A DNA stretch of 64,000 nucleotides from Camelus dromedarius (taxonomy: Eukaryota), in the NCBI RefSeq assembly GCF_036321535.1, contig NC_087436.1:59212001-59276000 (forward strand), written 5' to 3'. The position numbers and the translations under genes are program-made. This document shows positions 49,612 to 62,890 of the stretch, piece after piece. Every line of letters begins with the position of its first letter. Positions within the stretch are counted from its first letter, which is position 1. The notes below the pieces were generated by a model that saw nothing but the letters and a program-made list of their open reading frames with translations, did no database searches and was not told the DNA's origin.

Positions 49612-51052
49612 TAACTGTTTGATAATAGAAGGTGCCTTTCCAAATTTTAGAGTGGTATGTGTCCTATGGGAGGTGGATTAAAAGATGATGGATGGATGTA
49701 TAGATAGATAGAGAAGAGATGTGAAATGAGAGCAAGAACGCAAGCCTGTGAGAGAGAGAAAGAGTAAGTACACGAATATCTGACCTTTATATTTTCACAA
49801 AATTCAAAATGTATCATCTCTACCCTCAGTATTTCTCTCATTCTTCCAGACTCCCACACCAGACCAGTCTGACTATTTTTAAAAAAGTGCCTTGTTATTG
49901 AATGAGAGAGACAAGGAAACGGATAACCACACTTAAGGAAAAAAGGAATTACTATGCTCACCATCCTGGACAATCGTCTCACTTTCCTTTTTTTCTCTCA
50001 ACACAAAAACTGTTGCAAAATATAAGTGAAAACTCACAGCAAGATCATTAGACAATAAAGATATAAAAATAGATACCATTTTAAAAAATCTCAACCACAT
50101 AAAAAAAATCTTGAAAGGTAGAGCATTGCACAGTAAAAGGCAAAGGAAGACCTGGTGGAATTATTTTGTGTTGAAGAAGAGGGGAGATTGCTTTCATCTC
50201 CTAGAAGTGATTTCAGGGGCAGAAAAGCCCTCTCAAATAGGAAGCACATCAGGAGAAAAATATTTTTTAAAGAATTTATACTCATTTTCACAGTATAAAG
50301 GAAGATACATTTTGTAATTTCTCTTTGCTTGTAACAACACACTTTCTTTTCTATAATATGGAGGCTGATGCCAAAGCACACCCTGAAGCACAACGCATGG
50401 AACCAAAGTGAACGTGTCACCTCAGTGGGAAGAAGGGTGCTGATTTTTAGTAACTAGCCTCACAGCTAGATTAATTGAGAATCCTGCTAATGACAACAAG
50501 CAAGACAGCAAGTTATGAATCAATAATATTTTCTCCATCATTTGGCATTTTACTCCCAGTGGCCCATTAGCTTAAAAAAAAAAAAAAAGAGAGACTCAGC
50601 ATTTAATAGACTTGTGCTCAGTTTGCTCATAAGTGCTGTTTCACTTTGCTCTACTGTGATTTATAGTTACCTCGTTAGATTTTACACGTTCTAGAGCACT
50701 TGCAGAAAACAGGCAATGAGAGGTTTCTCTTGAAGAATCTGTGCCATTGAACAATTAAATGATTTAGCATGTGCTATTTGTTTTAGGTGGCTACCAAGCT
50801 TTATGCATTGTTGCTAACTCAGATTCTCACATGGTCTTCAGTTTTCACTTTTAACTCTGGTAGCAGAACAGATGCCACTCTAAGATGGAGGGAAATATTT
50901 AAATGTAAGTCATCACACTCCATCAATAAAGCTAACCCTTACATAACATGCCTGCATTTTAACTGTATACATTAGTTGCAAAAAAGCAAAAAAGTAACGA
51001 AAACTTGAATGAGGGAAATTATATCACATGCGACTCTCAATTTTTATTTTTC

Positions 51053-51110
51053 TTCCTTCCTTCCTTCCTTCCTTCCTTCCTTCCTTCCTTCCTTCCTTCC
51101 TTCCTTCCTT
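51053..51110 (+). repeat. (TTCC)n microsatellite
   Basis: Read directly from sequence. Confidence 0.98.
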
Positions 51111-53474
51111 TCCAATGCCAGAGCACAAGTAAGGAGATCTCCTCAGGGTCAGTGAGGCTAGTATTATATTTTTTATTATTAATTCTAGAAGGAATTTCAG
51201 TCTATATATTTTGAGATATTTGAAAGAAACAAATTATTCTGAATTGTTAAATGCCCATATAATTGGATGGTTATTAAATCCAGTGTGACTAATACACCCA
51301 CAATTCTTTACTTAATATTTTTATCTAACATGAATTATATACCTCTATGTTTCTTAAATTTTTGATTGCTAATATTAATTATTTTAAGCATCGATGCTGC
51401 AATTGTGAGGCTCTAAGAGTCTACTTATCACTAGAGATGTTTTGACCTATAATTAATTAGTTACAAATTATAGGATACCTCCTCAATATTTTTGTTGTTT
51501 TATCACATCATTTCTTTTCCATGATATTTACTTTCAATCTACAACAGTTTAAATCCTTTCTTGGTCAAATAAATTATACCCAGACAGACATGCTTCACCC
51601 AGGGTGTGAGATGCACTTAATTTCTACTCAGTGATCCATTATTCTGTTATCATTAAAAATGGACCAAGAATACAAGTTTTACTCTTGGATCTATTAAAAT
51701 AATCAGACATTGATTTGTCATCTATTTCTCTACCAAATCAAAACTTGGGAGCAAAGGTGAGAACACTACGAACAGCCTATTCAGTGTCTTTAGTTCCTAA
51801 CACACTGTGTAAGAGTGAATGAATAAATGAATAATATCCAGGGCTTTGATGACACATGTGTAGCCAACCTGATTCAGCAGGCAAATATCATAGGGCTCAG
51901 CAGGCGTTCATTCATATACTATATACAAAAGCCAGGAAGACAGCTTGCATATGAAAGGGCTTCAGTAGCCCTCAGCAGGAAGTCACTAGACACCAAAGAT
52001 ATTTTCCATCTGGATTTATCATAATGACTTTTTGTTATTTTGATGTACAAGCTTTTGGAATTTCCTTTCTAGATATTTGAGACATTGCATTTTCCCCAAC
52101 TGTACTGCTTTTTCCCAGACTAGACCTTCTCTGTGGTTTTGGCTTTTTATAGTTCCTAAGCTGGGTTTACCTATGGCCATCTGCTTGTCTGTCTCCAGCC
52201 CTAACTGAGCTCCACTCATGGTTTAATCATTGAAAGACACCTGCTATAGAAGAAATAGCCCTGAACAAAATGTCAAAGCAGGACTGCAATCTTCTTTGTC
52301 ACAAATTGTATGATCTTAAATAAATAACTAAGCTTTTAAAAGTATTTCCTTATTTACCACACCACAGATTTGTTAATACTGACATTACTATGTATTTGAT
52401 AAACTTACGCAGCTGCCTAAATACTATCCCCATTTCTATGTCTTAAAGCACCAGAAACTCAAAAAATATGAATCCGAAATCAATATCAACTTTCCCGTAC
52501 TTTCTACTACTTCCTTTCTACTAATTGTTAACTTTAATTGATGCTAATAAGGATAAGATTTCTGGAGAATATGGGATTTGACCTTGGTCTGTAAGTTATT
52601 CTTGTTCCTTCTTTAAAAAGTTCTTAGACAAAATATCTAAATAATGGTACATTTACCAAAAACTTGATATATCCCATGAACTGTTGTAAGTGCTTTACAT
52701 ATATCACTCCAACCAATATAAGTCCTACTAAATAAATGATGTTTTGAGAAACTAAAGTAAGTCCAACGTGCCAAGAAAACAGAAAGAAGAAAGAAGATAT
52801 GAAATAAGACCAGTGAGCAAGTAGGGGTTCAAAACATTCTGGATATTGTAGGTAATGTTTAAAATTTTCACGTTTACCTTGAGACAAGCAGGAAGTAATA
52901 GTATCCTTAAAGGGACATAGTATCATAATTATTCAACCTTCAATGATGAAAACTGATTAAAGGGGCCAAAATTCGATATACAGAGACCAGGAGGAAAAAA
53001 AAAAAAAAAAAAGGCAGACTATGGCTCAAATATAGTTAATCCATGGAACTTTCTTCTACTAGTCTGGTAGTAAGTTTGGTGGTGTAAGTTTCTCTCACTT
53101 ATGAAGTTGTATTACAATTATAATAATAAAAGCAGTTTTTTTTTTTTTCATGGAGTTGTTTGAGTCAAGTGAAAGACATAATCAAATTATAGATTGGAGT
53201 TAAAACTATGCATTCCAACTGAACACCGAGTCTTGTTACATGAATAAAAAATTTGTTGAGATATTTCAAATAGCCTTTAAATAGTATAAATATTTTTCTT
53301 CCTTGCATTTAACCAAAATTATTAGGATGAATATTTCTGAGTTGTTCATTATAAGTTTTTTAAAAAATGCAAAGAATTATATATAAGTTTATATTGTAAA
53401 TACTATTAATTCATTGAGAATTATTAAATGGTACTGAAATATTTTCCAACAAACTTCTAACTCTCAAAAGATGA

Positions 53475-56400
53475 AAAACAAGAGATATCAAAAACATTAA
53501 ACATGAGGGAGGGATGAAGTAAAAATTCAGTTATTAGAATATGTTTAAATTTGATACAATCAACTTAATCATATATGTAATATATAATACTATAAATATA
53601 GCTCATGGTGTGTGTGTGTGTGTATAATAGATATACTTCATGGCAACCACAAATCAAATATATATATATATATGAGCCTCACTTCAGATCTAAAGATAGA
53701 CTCGGACTGAAAGTGAGAGAATAGAAAACAATTATTCCATGAAAAGAAAACTAGAATAGCAATCCTTCATCGGACAAAATGAACTTAAAAACAAAGGCTG
53801 TAATAAGAGAAAAACAAAGATATTATATAATGATAAAGGGATCAGTCCAAAAGAAGTTATAACAATAAATATATATGCATGCAATATAGGAACACTTAAA
53901 TACATAAAGCAAATATTAACAAATAAAAAGGCAGAAATTGATAGTAACAAAATAATAGTAGGGGACTTTAACACCATACTTACACCAGTGGACAGATTAC
54001 TCAGACAGAAAATCGACAAGGAAATACTCACCATAAATGACACATTAGGCCAGATTAAATTAACAGATACATGTGGAACTTCCTAACCCAAAGCAGCAGA
54101 ATATACGTTCTTCTCAAGTGCACATGGAATGTTCCCCAGGAAAGATCACATGCTACACCACAAAATAACTCTCACTACATTTAAGTTGACTGAAATCATA
54201 TCAAATATTTTTTTCTAACCACAACTCTATGGAACTAGAAATCAACTATAAGAAAAACCTGCAAAAAATATAAAGAAGTAGAGTGGAGTCTAAATAACAT
54301 GCTATTAAACAACCAATGGGTTACTGAAGAAATCAAAGGGGAAATGAAAAAAAACCTGGAGACAAATGAAAATAGTAACAAAATGAGCCAAAATCTATGA
54401 GATGCAGCAAAAGCAGTTCTAAGAAGGATGTTTATAGACATACAAGACTACAATAGAAAACAAGAAAAATCTCAAACAACCTAACTTTACACCTAATGAA
54501 AGCTATCAAAAGAACAAAGCCAAGGGTTAGTAGAAGAAAATAACTAATAAACATTAAGCAGAAATTAATGAAAAAGAGTCAGAAAATAGAAAATATCAAT
54601 GACCTCAAGAATTAGTCTTTGAAAAGGCAAACAAATTTGATAAACCTTTAGCTGGACTCTGCAAGAAAAAAAAAACAGAAGGCCCGAATCAGTAAAATCA
54701 GAAATAAAACAGAAGTTAAAACCTACACCACATAAATACAAAGGATAATAAGAGATTACTGAAAAGATTATATGCCAATAAAATGAACAACCTAGAAGAA
54801 ATTGATAAATTCCTAGAAACATACAATCTCCCAAGACTGAACAGGAAGAAATAGCAAATATGAACAGTTATCATTAATGAAAACGAATCAGCAATGAAAA
54901 AACTCCCAACGAACAAAAGTCCAGGACCAGATGGCTTCACAAAGGAATGCTACCAAATACTTAAAAAAGAGTTAACATCTATTTTTCTCAAACTATTCCA
55001 AAAACTTAAAGAGGAAGGACTGCTTCTGAACTCATTGCAGTAGGCCAGCATCACCCTGATACCAAAAGCCAACAAAGACACCACAGAAAAAGAAAACTAT
55101 AGGTCAATCAATGATGAATATAGTTGCAAAAACATCGTCAAAAAAAAAAAAAAAAAAAACCCAGCCAATTACAAACAAAATTAGCAAAATAAATCAGTAA
55201 TATATTAAAAGGATCATACACCATGATCAAGTGAGATGCATTCCAGGTTACAAAAATATTTCAATACCCACAAATCAATCAGTGTGATACACCACATTAC
55301 CAATAAATGAATTAGTATCATAGAGTTATCTCAATAGGTGCAGGAAAAGCTTTTGACAAAATTCAAAATCCATTAATGATAATAACATTTAATAAAGTAG
55401 GTATAGAGAGAGGGTACTTCAACATAATAGAGGCCATAAATGACAAATCCACAGTCAACATTATATTTAATGGTGAAATGCTGAAAGAATTACCTCTAAG
55501 ATCAGGGATAAGACAAGTGTGCCCATTCTCAAAGCTTTTATTCAACATAGTTTGGAAGTACCAGCCACAGCAAGAGACAGGAAAAATAAATAAAAGGAAT
55601 CCAAATTGGAAAGGAAGAAGTAAAATTGTCACTGTTAAATTAAAAAAAAATGCATTTCCAATTGCATCAAAAAGAATAAAATATGCAAATAAAAAAGAGA
55701 GAGAGATATCACCTCACGCCTATCAGAATGGCTGTCATCAAAGAGTCTACAAATAACAAATGTTGGAGAAGATGTAGAGAAAATGGAACCCTTCCACACT
55801 TTTGTGGGAATGTAATTATTGCAGCCACTATGGAAAACAATATGAGGTTACTCAAAAAACTAAAAATAGAAAATACCATATGATCCAGAAATTCCACTTC
55901 TGGGTATGTATCTGAAAAAATGAAAATACCAATTCCAAAAGATACACGCACCCCAATGTTCATAGCAACACTATTTACAATAGCCAAGACATAGAAACAA
56001 CCCAAATGTCATCAGCAGATGACTGGGTAAAGAAGTTGTGCTACATTTATAAACAATGGAATTTATATATATATATAAATGGAATATTACTCAGCCATAA
56101 AAAATAAAATATGCTATTTGCAGATGGACCTAGAGAATATTATGCTTAGTGAAATAAGTCAGACAGAGAAAGACAGATACTGTAGGATATCACTTATATG
56201 TGGAATCTAAAACATAGTACAAATGAAAAATAGTACAAATAGTATATGCAAAATAGAAATATTCTTGTAAATATAGAAAACAAACCAGTGGTTACCAACA
56301 GGGAGAGGGGAAGGGTGAAGGGCAAATTGAGGCATGAAATTAGCAGATAAAAACTACTATGTATAAAAAAGATAAACAATAAGGATATATTGTATAGCAG

Positions 56401-58402
56401 AGGGAATTATAGCCATTATCTTGTAGTAACTTTTAGTGGAATATAATAGGCAAAAATACTGAATCACTATGCTGTACACCTGAAACTAATATAACATTGT
56501 AAGTCAACTATATTTCAATTTAAAAAAGAATAAAATACCAAGGAATAAATCTAAGGAGGTAAAAACACTTTACTTGGAAAACTGTAATATGCTGATGAAA
56601 GAAAGTAAAGATGACACAAACGGGAAGTTATGCTGCACTCATGGATTGGAAGAAATAATACTAAAATGACCATATTACCCAAGGCAACTGACAGAATTAG
56701 TGCAACCCTTATCAAAATACCAATGGCATTTTTCATAGAACTAGAACACATAATTCTAAAATTTGTATGGAAGCACAAAAGACCCCAAATACCAAAGCAA
56801 TACTGAGAAAGAAGAAGAAAGCTGGAATTATCACACTCCCTGATTTTAAACTACACTACAAAGTCACAGTAAGTAATCATAACAGCATGGTACTGGCACA
56901 AAACAGATGCACAGATTAATGGAACAGAAATAGCCCAGAAATTAACCCACAGTTAGGTGATCAATAAATCTAAGACAAAGGAGGCAAGACTATGTAATGG
57001 GGAAAAGACAGCATCCTCAGTAAGTGGTGTTGGAAAAACTGGACAGCTACATGCAAAAGAATCAGACTGGACTACTTTCTCATACCAGATATAAAAATAG
57101 ACTGAAAATGGTTTAAATACTTCAATGAAAGATCAGAAACCATGAAACTCCTAGAAGAAAACAGAGGCAGTATACTCTTTGACATCAATCTCAGCAATAT
57201 TTTTTTGGATCTGTCTCCTCAAGAAAGGGCAACAAAAGAAAAATAAACAAATGGGACTACTAAACTACAACAAACTAAAAAGCATTTGCACAGTGAGGAA
57301 ACTATCAGTATAACAAAAAGAGAGCCTGATGAATGGGAGAACATATTTGCAAACAATATATCTGACAAGGGGGTTAATATCCAAACTATACAGAGAACTC
57401 ATACAACTCAATTTCAAAAAATTAACAATTCTATTTAAAAAATGGGCAGAGGACCTTGAATAGACATCATTCCAGAGAAGACATACAGATAAGCAACAGA
57501 CCAGTGAAAAGATACTCAATATTGCTAATCATCAGGGAAATGGAAATCAAAGCCACAATGAGTATTACCTCACACCTGTCAGAATGGTTATACTCAGAAA
57601 TACAATGAATAACATGTTGGCAAGAATATGGAGTAAAGGGAACTGTGGGTAGGATTGTAAATTGGTTCAGCCACTATGGAAATCAGTATGGGTGCTCCTC
57701 AAGAAATTAAAAATAGAACTACCATATCATGCAGGAATTTTACTTCTGGGAATTTACATGAAGAAAACAAAAACACGAATTGAAAATTATATACACACAC
57801 CAATGTTCATTACATTATTTATAATTGCCAATATATGAAAGCAATCTAAGTGTCCATCAACAGAGAAGTAGATAAAGAAGATGTGGTTATATATGATATG
57901 TATATATATATATATATATATACATACATATATAAAATTCAGCCATAAAGAATGAAATCTTACTATTTGCAACAACACTGATGGATGTAGAAGGTATTAC
58001 AGTAAATGAAATAAGATAGGGAAAGACAAATATGGTATGATCTCACATATGTGTGGAATCTAAAAAACAATCAAACAAATTAACAAAACAAAATGAAAAC
58101 AGATTCATGGATACAAAGAAGAAATGGGTAGTTACTGGAAGGGAGGGCATTGGGGTGGGGATGAAATAAGTGAAGGGGTTAAGAGGTACAAATCTCCAGT
58201 TATAAAATAGTAAGCCATGGGGATGTAATATACAGCATGAAGAATCTGGTCAATAATACTGTAATAACTTTGCATGTAGACAGATGGTCACCAGATTTAC
58301 CATGGTCATCATTCCATAATGTATGCAAATGTCAAATCACTATGTTGTATACCTGAAACTATCATTATACTGCATGTCAACTATATTTCAATTTAAAAAA
58401 AA
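53475..58402 (+). mobile_element. Long 5'-truncated LINE-1 (inter-ORF, most of ORF2, L1MA9-like 3' UTR), non-functional
   Basis: EN motifs (gtaggggactttaacacc = VGDFNT; ttctcaagtgcacatgga). RT region (agtccaggaccagatggcttcac; [11 protein letters not shown]). ORF2 C-terminus and 3' end gtcaactatatttcaatttaaaaaaaa. Multiple stops and frameshifts, and the YADD region is deleted near 55635. Confidence 0.97.
55684..56522 (+). mobile_element. 839-bp L1 3' portion nested in L1
   Basis: ORF2 C-terminal remnant ([13 protein letters not shown]...KCWRRC) plus 3' UTR. Perfect 15-bp TSD aaaaagaataaaata at 55669-55683 and 56523-56537. Confidence 0.95.
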
Positions 58403-58726
58403 GTGGAGAATGTTGATTACAACAGTCTTTTGATTTATAATTATTTGAAAGGTAATAAATGGACAATAAGATTATAATTAAGAGGTTTTTCATAGGCTAG
58501 AATTTCAAACAGTGAACTGCAATAATGAATCAAAAAATATAGCTGAATAAATCAAATAATATATAAATAAAAATGTAGAACATTAAAAAGTTTATATTTA
58601 TAGATATACCTGGAGGATAAATGGTGGATTGAAAATATACAATGTGAGGGTTTGATAAGAAATCTGAAAATGGAAGTTGAAGAAGAAAATAAAATTGGGA
58701 CTCTACCTGGATCCTCATTTAGTAAA

Positions 58727-59100
58727 TGCTACAGACTAAATTTTTGTGTCTTCCCACATGAAAATTTATATCTTGAAACCTAATCCTCAATGGGATAGTA
58801 TTTGGAGGTGGAGCATTTGAGAGGTACTTAGGTCATGAGGGTAGAGCCTTCAAGGCTCTAGTGGATAAGTGTCCTCATAAAAGAGATCTCAGATATCTCC
58901 CTGTACCCTTCTGCCATATGAGAACACAGCAAAAAGACAGCCATTTATGTACCAGGAAGCAGGCCCTCACCAAATACTGAATTTGGACATACCTTGGTTT
59001 TGGACTTCCAGTCTTAAGAATCATGAGAAATAAATTTCTGTTGTTAATAAGCTAACCAGTCTATGGTGTTATGCTACAACAGCCCAAATGGACTAAGACC
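58727..59100 (+). mobile_element. MaLR solo LTR (MLT1A0-like)
   Basis: tgctacagactaaat...gtatttggaggtggagc...ccaggaagcaggccctcacc...aatggactaagac. Perfect 5-bp TSD gtaaa at 58722-58726 and 59101-59105. Confidence 0.95.
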
Positions 59101-59879
59101 GTAAAGGACTCGAATTTTAGGATGCTTAATTTTCCAATAGCAAGGCATCTATATTAGCCATATTATGAAGACTCAAATTTGTTTATTAGTCCACCACACT
59201 TTTGTAATTGTATAATAAATGTTATCCATAAAGACATACAGGAGTCTAGACCTTTTTGTTTGTTTCTGTTTCATTATAGAAATGGACAACATATAATTAT
59301 GGTTTAGGTTCTCAAATTCCAGTACCAAAGACAGAGCAATATTGCTTATAAAAAACAATGAAGGAAGAGTATTTTAAATGGACAGATATGCATTTTTATG
59401 TGGCTCTAAAATGCTATAATCCAAAACTATAAACCCTGTGGAAATCTATTTAAGCCTACCTTTATAGCAGAATAAACAAAATCTTATCAGTTGTCAAGTA
59501 TCACCAAATCCAATTTTATTAGAAGAAAATGAAACAGAAATCCAAGTTGGATTGAAAATTATTGTAGAACTACCTATCCACCCTTGCAAGATGTGAATCA
59601 CCTGCAAGACATTTGGGACATTAGGGGCATCAGGAGCTTATTTAAAATTATATTCCTGACTAAGCATGGTATTTATATTTATTCACAAATATATTCAATC
59701 AAGCAGATTTAAAACATAGTAACAAAATCATTTAAATCTCACCAGATCATTTAAAATTCTGTGTCTAATTACTTAAATTAAGTTACCCTAGTAGTAAAGT
59801 CCACTGCAAATAGTTATTTGTAATTGGGTCAAAGATACATAATTACAGTAAATAAAATAATTAGATAATTTTTCAAGAA

Positions 59880-60100
59880 TAATAGTTAACTTTTGTTGAG
59901 TACCCACTAGCTACTTAAGTTAATTCTCACAATAAACAATTCTGTAAAGTAGGTTATTTCATCCTCATTTTACAGGGGGTAAAAATTGAGATTTGTGATT
60001 TCATCAGTATTCTCCACCAAAATAAGAGTTAGAATCTAGCCCTCTATGTGCAAAGTCTACATTTTCCCGTGACTATTCTGTGCTGCCTCCACTGTTTAAC
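59880..60100 (-). mobile_element. MIR fragment
   Basis: ttaattctcacaat...tctgtaaagtaggttatttcatcctcattttacaggggg. Confidence 0.65.
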
Positions 60101-60564
60101 CCAAAGTAATCCAAAATCAGTTTAGAACTTACTCAGTCTAATGAGGTGATAATTACAGACTGGAAAGTTGAGTCCAAAAATGGCTAACTGATTCCGGATC
60201 ACACAGGATTACAGTTTTTGGCACAGAATGCCCGTCAAATTTGGGTTTACACTTACTCTATTAGAAGATAAGAATATCCAAATGTATGCTTTTGTAAAAA
60301 AAAAAAATGTGTATTACATGATACTATATGTTAGGTGAATCACACATTGAGAAAAGTGGCTAATACTTCTCAGAATACACAGCAGGCTAGATCATGGAGG
60401 AACTTTGTTCACTTTTGACTTGGAGAAATAAATGTTTTCCATTTTAAAATGCTATTTTAAAATGTAAGCTTATTAAATAATTGTGTTGATGTTGTTATTT
60501 GATCATTCATAGAAAAACACTTTAAGCTTCAGTCTTTCATATCTATCTTCTATCTGGATGAAGA

Positions 60565-60745
60565 TGGTTAGCATGGTGGTTAGGAGATCAAATTTTGGCA
60601 CTAGTTACTAGAGTTCTGATACCATTAATCCATTTCTATCTGATGTTATTTTACTACACTATGCCCTAGTTCCTCATTCAGAAAATGGTAGTCATAAAAA
60701 TGTTTATTCATAGGGTTGTAACAATCGAGTTTAAATAAATTATCT
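60565..60745 (+). mobile_element. MIR fragment
   Basis: tagcatggtggttagga...ccctagttcctcattcagaaaatgg...tcatagggttgta. Confidence 0.6.
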
Positions 60746-60879
60746 AAGACTATGACTTAATGACCTTTCTCTCATTTAGTAAGGAGTCATCCCCAAAATT
60801 AGTATGATCCAGGCACATGAAAAAGGCTACAGGACTTTAGGCCTGGTGAAACTGAAGGAAAAAAAAAAAAGAGTCCTTC

Positions 60880-61160
60880 AACACATTTCCAGTTATAAAA
60901 TAAATGTCATGGGGATGAAATGTACAGGGCAGGGAATATAGTCAATGAAAATGTAGTATCTTTATATGGTGACAGGTGATATCTAGACTTATCATGATGG
61001 TCATTTTGTAATACACAGAGATTTTAAATCACTTCTGTGTATCAGAAACTAACATAGTATTGTAGGTCAATTATACTTCAACAAACAATCAAACAAATTC
61101 ACAGAAAAAGAGACCAGAGGCAAGGGACTGGGGTTGGGGGGATTAGATGAAGATGGTCAT
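60880..61160 (+). mobile_element. L1 3' UTR fragment (L1MA9-like)
   Basis: ttccagttataaaataaatgtcatggggatg...tatatggtgacagg...gaaactaacatagtattgtaggtcaattatacttca. Similar to 58195-58395 in this window. Confidence 0.88.
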
Positions 61161-62209
61161 TAATAAGAACTTTTTAAAATAGTGATCTAAATCACCTGTA
61201 AGAATGCCTATCTCATAGTGCTCAATAAACGTAGTATTTAGTACCTAGCACATTACTTTTAACTGAAATCCGTTTTATTTTTCAAATTTTTTATGAAGAA
61301 TATAAAGTATCCAAAATATTCACACACATGTGCATATACTCACACAAATTCAAAATCAGGAATCAACAATTAACATTTGGGATTCAATTAAAATAATTAT
61401 TAGAAATCGCATGCATTTTATCCTTTAGGTTTCAAAATACAATTAGCATTAAATAGAATAGACTATAATTTTTTTAAATTCTGAATATTTTTGTGTAAAA
61501 CATTTTGGTGAATTTTCTTGACTTTTCATGCCTCAATGCAATGCTTATCTTGATTCTAATGAGAATTTTACTTTAGGATAAAAGTTGGATTGGACTCATT
61601 CTTATTAGTGACAATTTTGTCTGAAAGATGGTAATTCCTCAATTACTATTATTCAATTACAGTACTCTGTTACTTCTATAGGATAAATTAAAATACACAT
61701 TTCATATTAATTACAATGCTTTTGACAGTAAATTTAATTCCCAGGCAATCTGCAAGTACATATAATTACTAAAGGGATGTCAAGAGATTTTATTTTATAA
61801 ACATGATATTCTGATGGAAATAAAAATAATAATAAAAATAAATAAAAATAAAAATAAAATCTTCCTAACACAAACTTTCTCAAAAGCATTTCCTTCAATT
61901 TTTTTAAAAATGAAAATGTTTAAGATCCCATTACATGTAAACGAGAAACAAGAACTACAGTATAAAAATTCAACCACCATCACATATGGATAAAAAAGCC
62001 CTCCAAAAATAATTTATTGTTTCTTTCACACGAAACCTTTTCTTTCCCTAAATAATCAAACCAATTCAAAGATAGTTACAATAACTTTTATTGTACAAGA
62101 GATTGTATTTACTTCTGTGAAAATAAGGCACATTTTACTCTTAATGAACTTGGATTTCATATTGGCTCCTCAAAAATAAAACATTATTGTAACAGAAGCA
62201 AGCAGTTCC

Positions 62210-62365
62210 CAAGCAATAGCTATGTGCCAAACATAGTTCTAGGTACTTTCTAGAAACTAATGCAATACAGTAATCCTATGATAGGAACTGTTATTATGTT
62301 TCTAATGAAAACACTGAGGCACAGAGTGTTTAAATAACTTTCCAAGTACACATAGTTAGAAAACA
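62210..62365 (-). mobile_element. MIR fragment
   Basis: tatgtgccaaacatagttctagg...aatcctatgataggaactgttattat...actgaggcacagagtgtttaaataactttccaag. Confidence 0.75.
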
Positions 62366-62757
62366 TTGATAAACATGAAACTGCTAGAGCAGCTGTAAAA
62401 CAGTGAGGAGGGTGTGGAGAATTTTGTGTGGGAAATAAGAAAACTGCTCCACAGAACTGAGATGACTGTTGACGTAGAAACTGAAGGCTAGAGTAGGGCT
62501 AAACTGGGAGTCCATTCCAGAAACTAACTCAGATTCTGGTTATTCCTCAAGGCTTAGGATCTGCTTAGTTCCTGATCTAGCCCACTTTTAAACACATTCT
62601 GTTCTTTTTATTTATTGAACAAATACTTACTAAGCACCAAAAATGGGGAATTTGAAGATGACAAACGGTTCTCATTCTTGATGAGAACACAGTATAGATT
62701 ATATCAAAATATTTAGCACCCATTAATATAATGCCATGTATGCTTTGCCATTATTTT

Positions 62758-62890
62758 ATTTTTGGGGGGTGGGGGGAGGTAATTAGGTTTATTTACTTAT
62801 ATATATATTTTTAGAGGTGGTCCTAGGGACTGAATCCAGGACCTTGTACATGCTAAGCATGTGCTCTACTACTTGAGCTATACCCTCCCC
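62758..62890 (-). mobile_element. tRNA-Ala-derived SINE (Vic-1-like, long-tail form)
   Basis: Minus strand reads ggggagggtatagctcaagtagtagagcacatgcttagcatgtacaaggtcctggattcagtccc... followed by a taaataaacctaattacctcccccc tail. Perfect TSD tgccattatttt at 62746-62757 and 62891-62902. Confidence 0.93.

Noticed and set aside
53475..58402. Active or domesticated reverse transcriptase
   Set aside because: ORF2 is broken by many stops and frameshifts, a deletion of the catalytic region and a nested insertion.
60781..60880. Short retrocopy with A-tail and TSD (aaggagtcatc / aaagagtcctt)
   Set aside because: The flanking repeat match is too weak and the body is unrecognised.
60880..61160. Apparently circularly permuted L1 3' UTR (upstream part follows the terminus)
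   Set aside because: As I recall, some Laurasiatherian L1MA9-related subfamilies have an internally duplicated 3' UTR, which would explain the order. Not verified.
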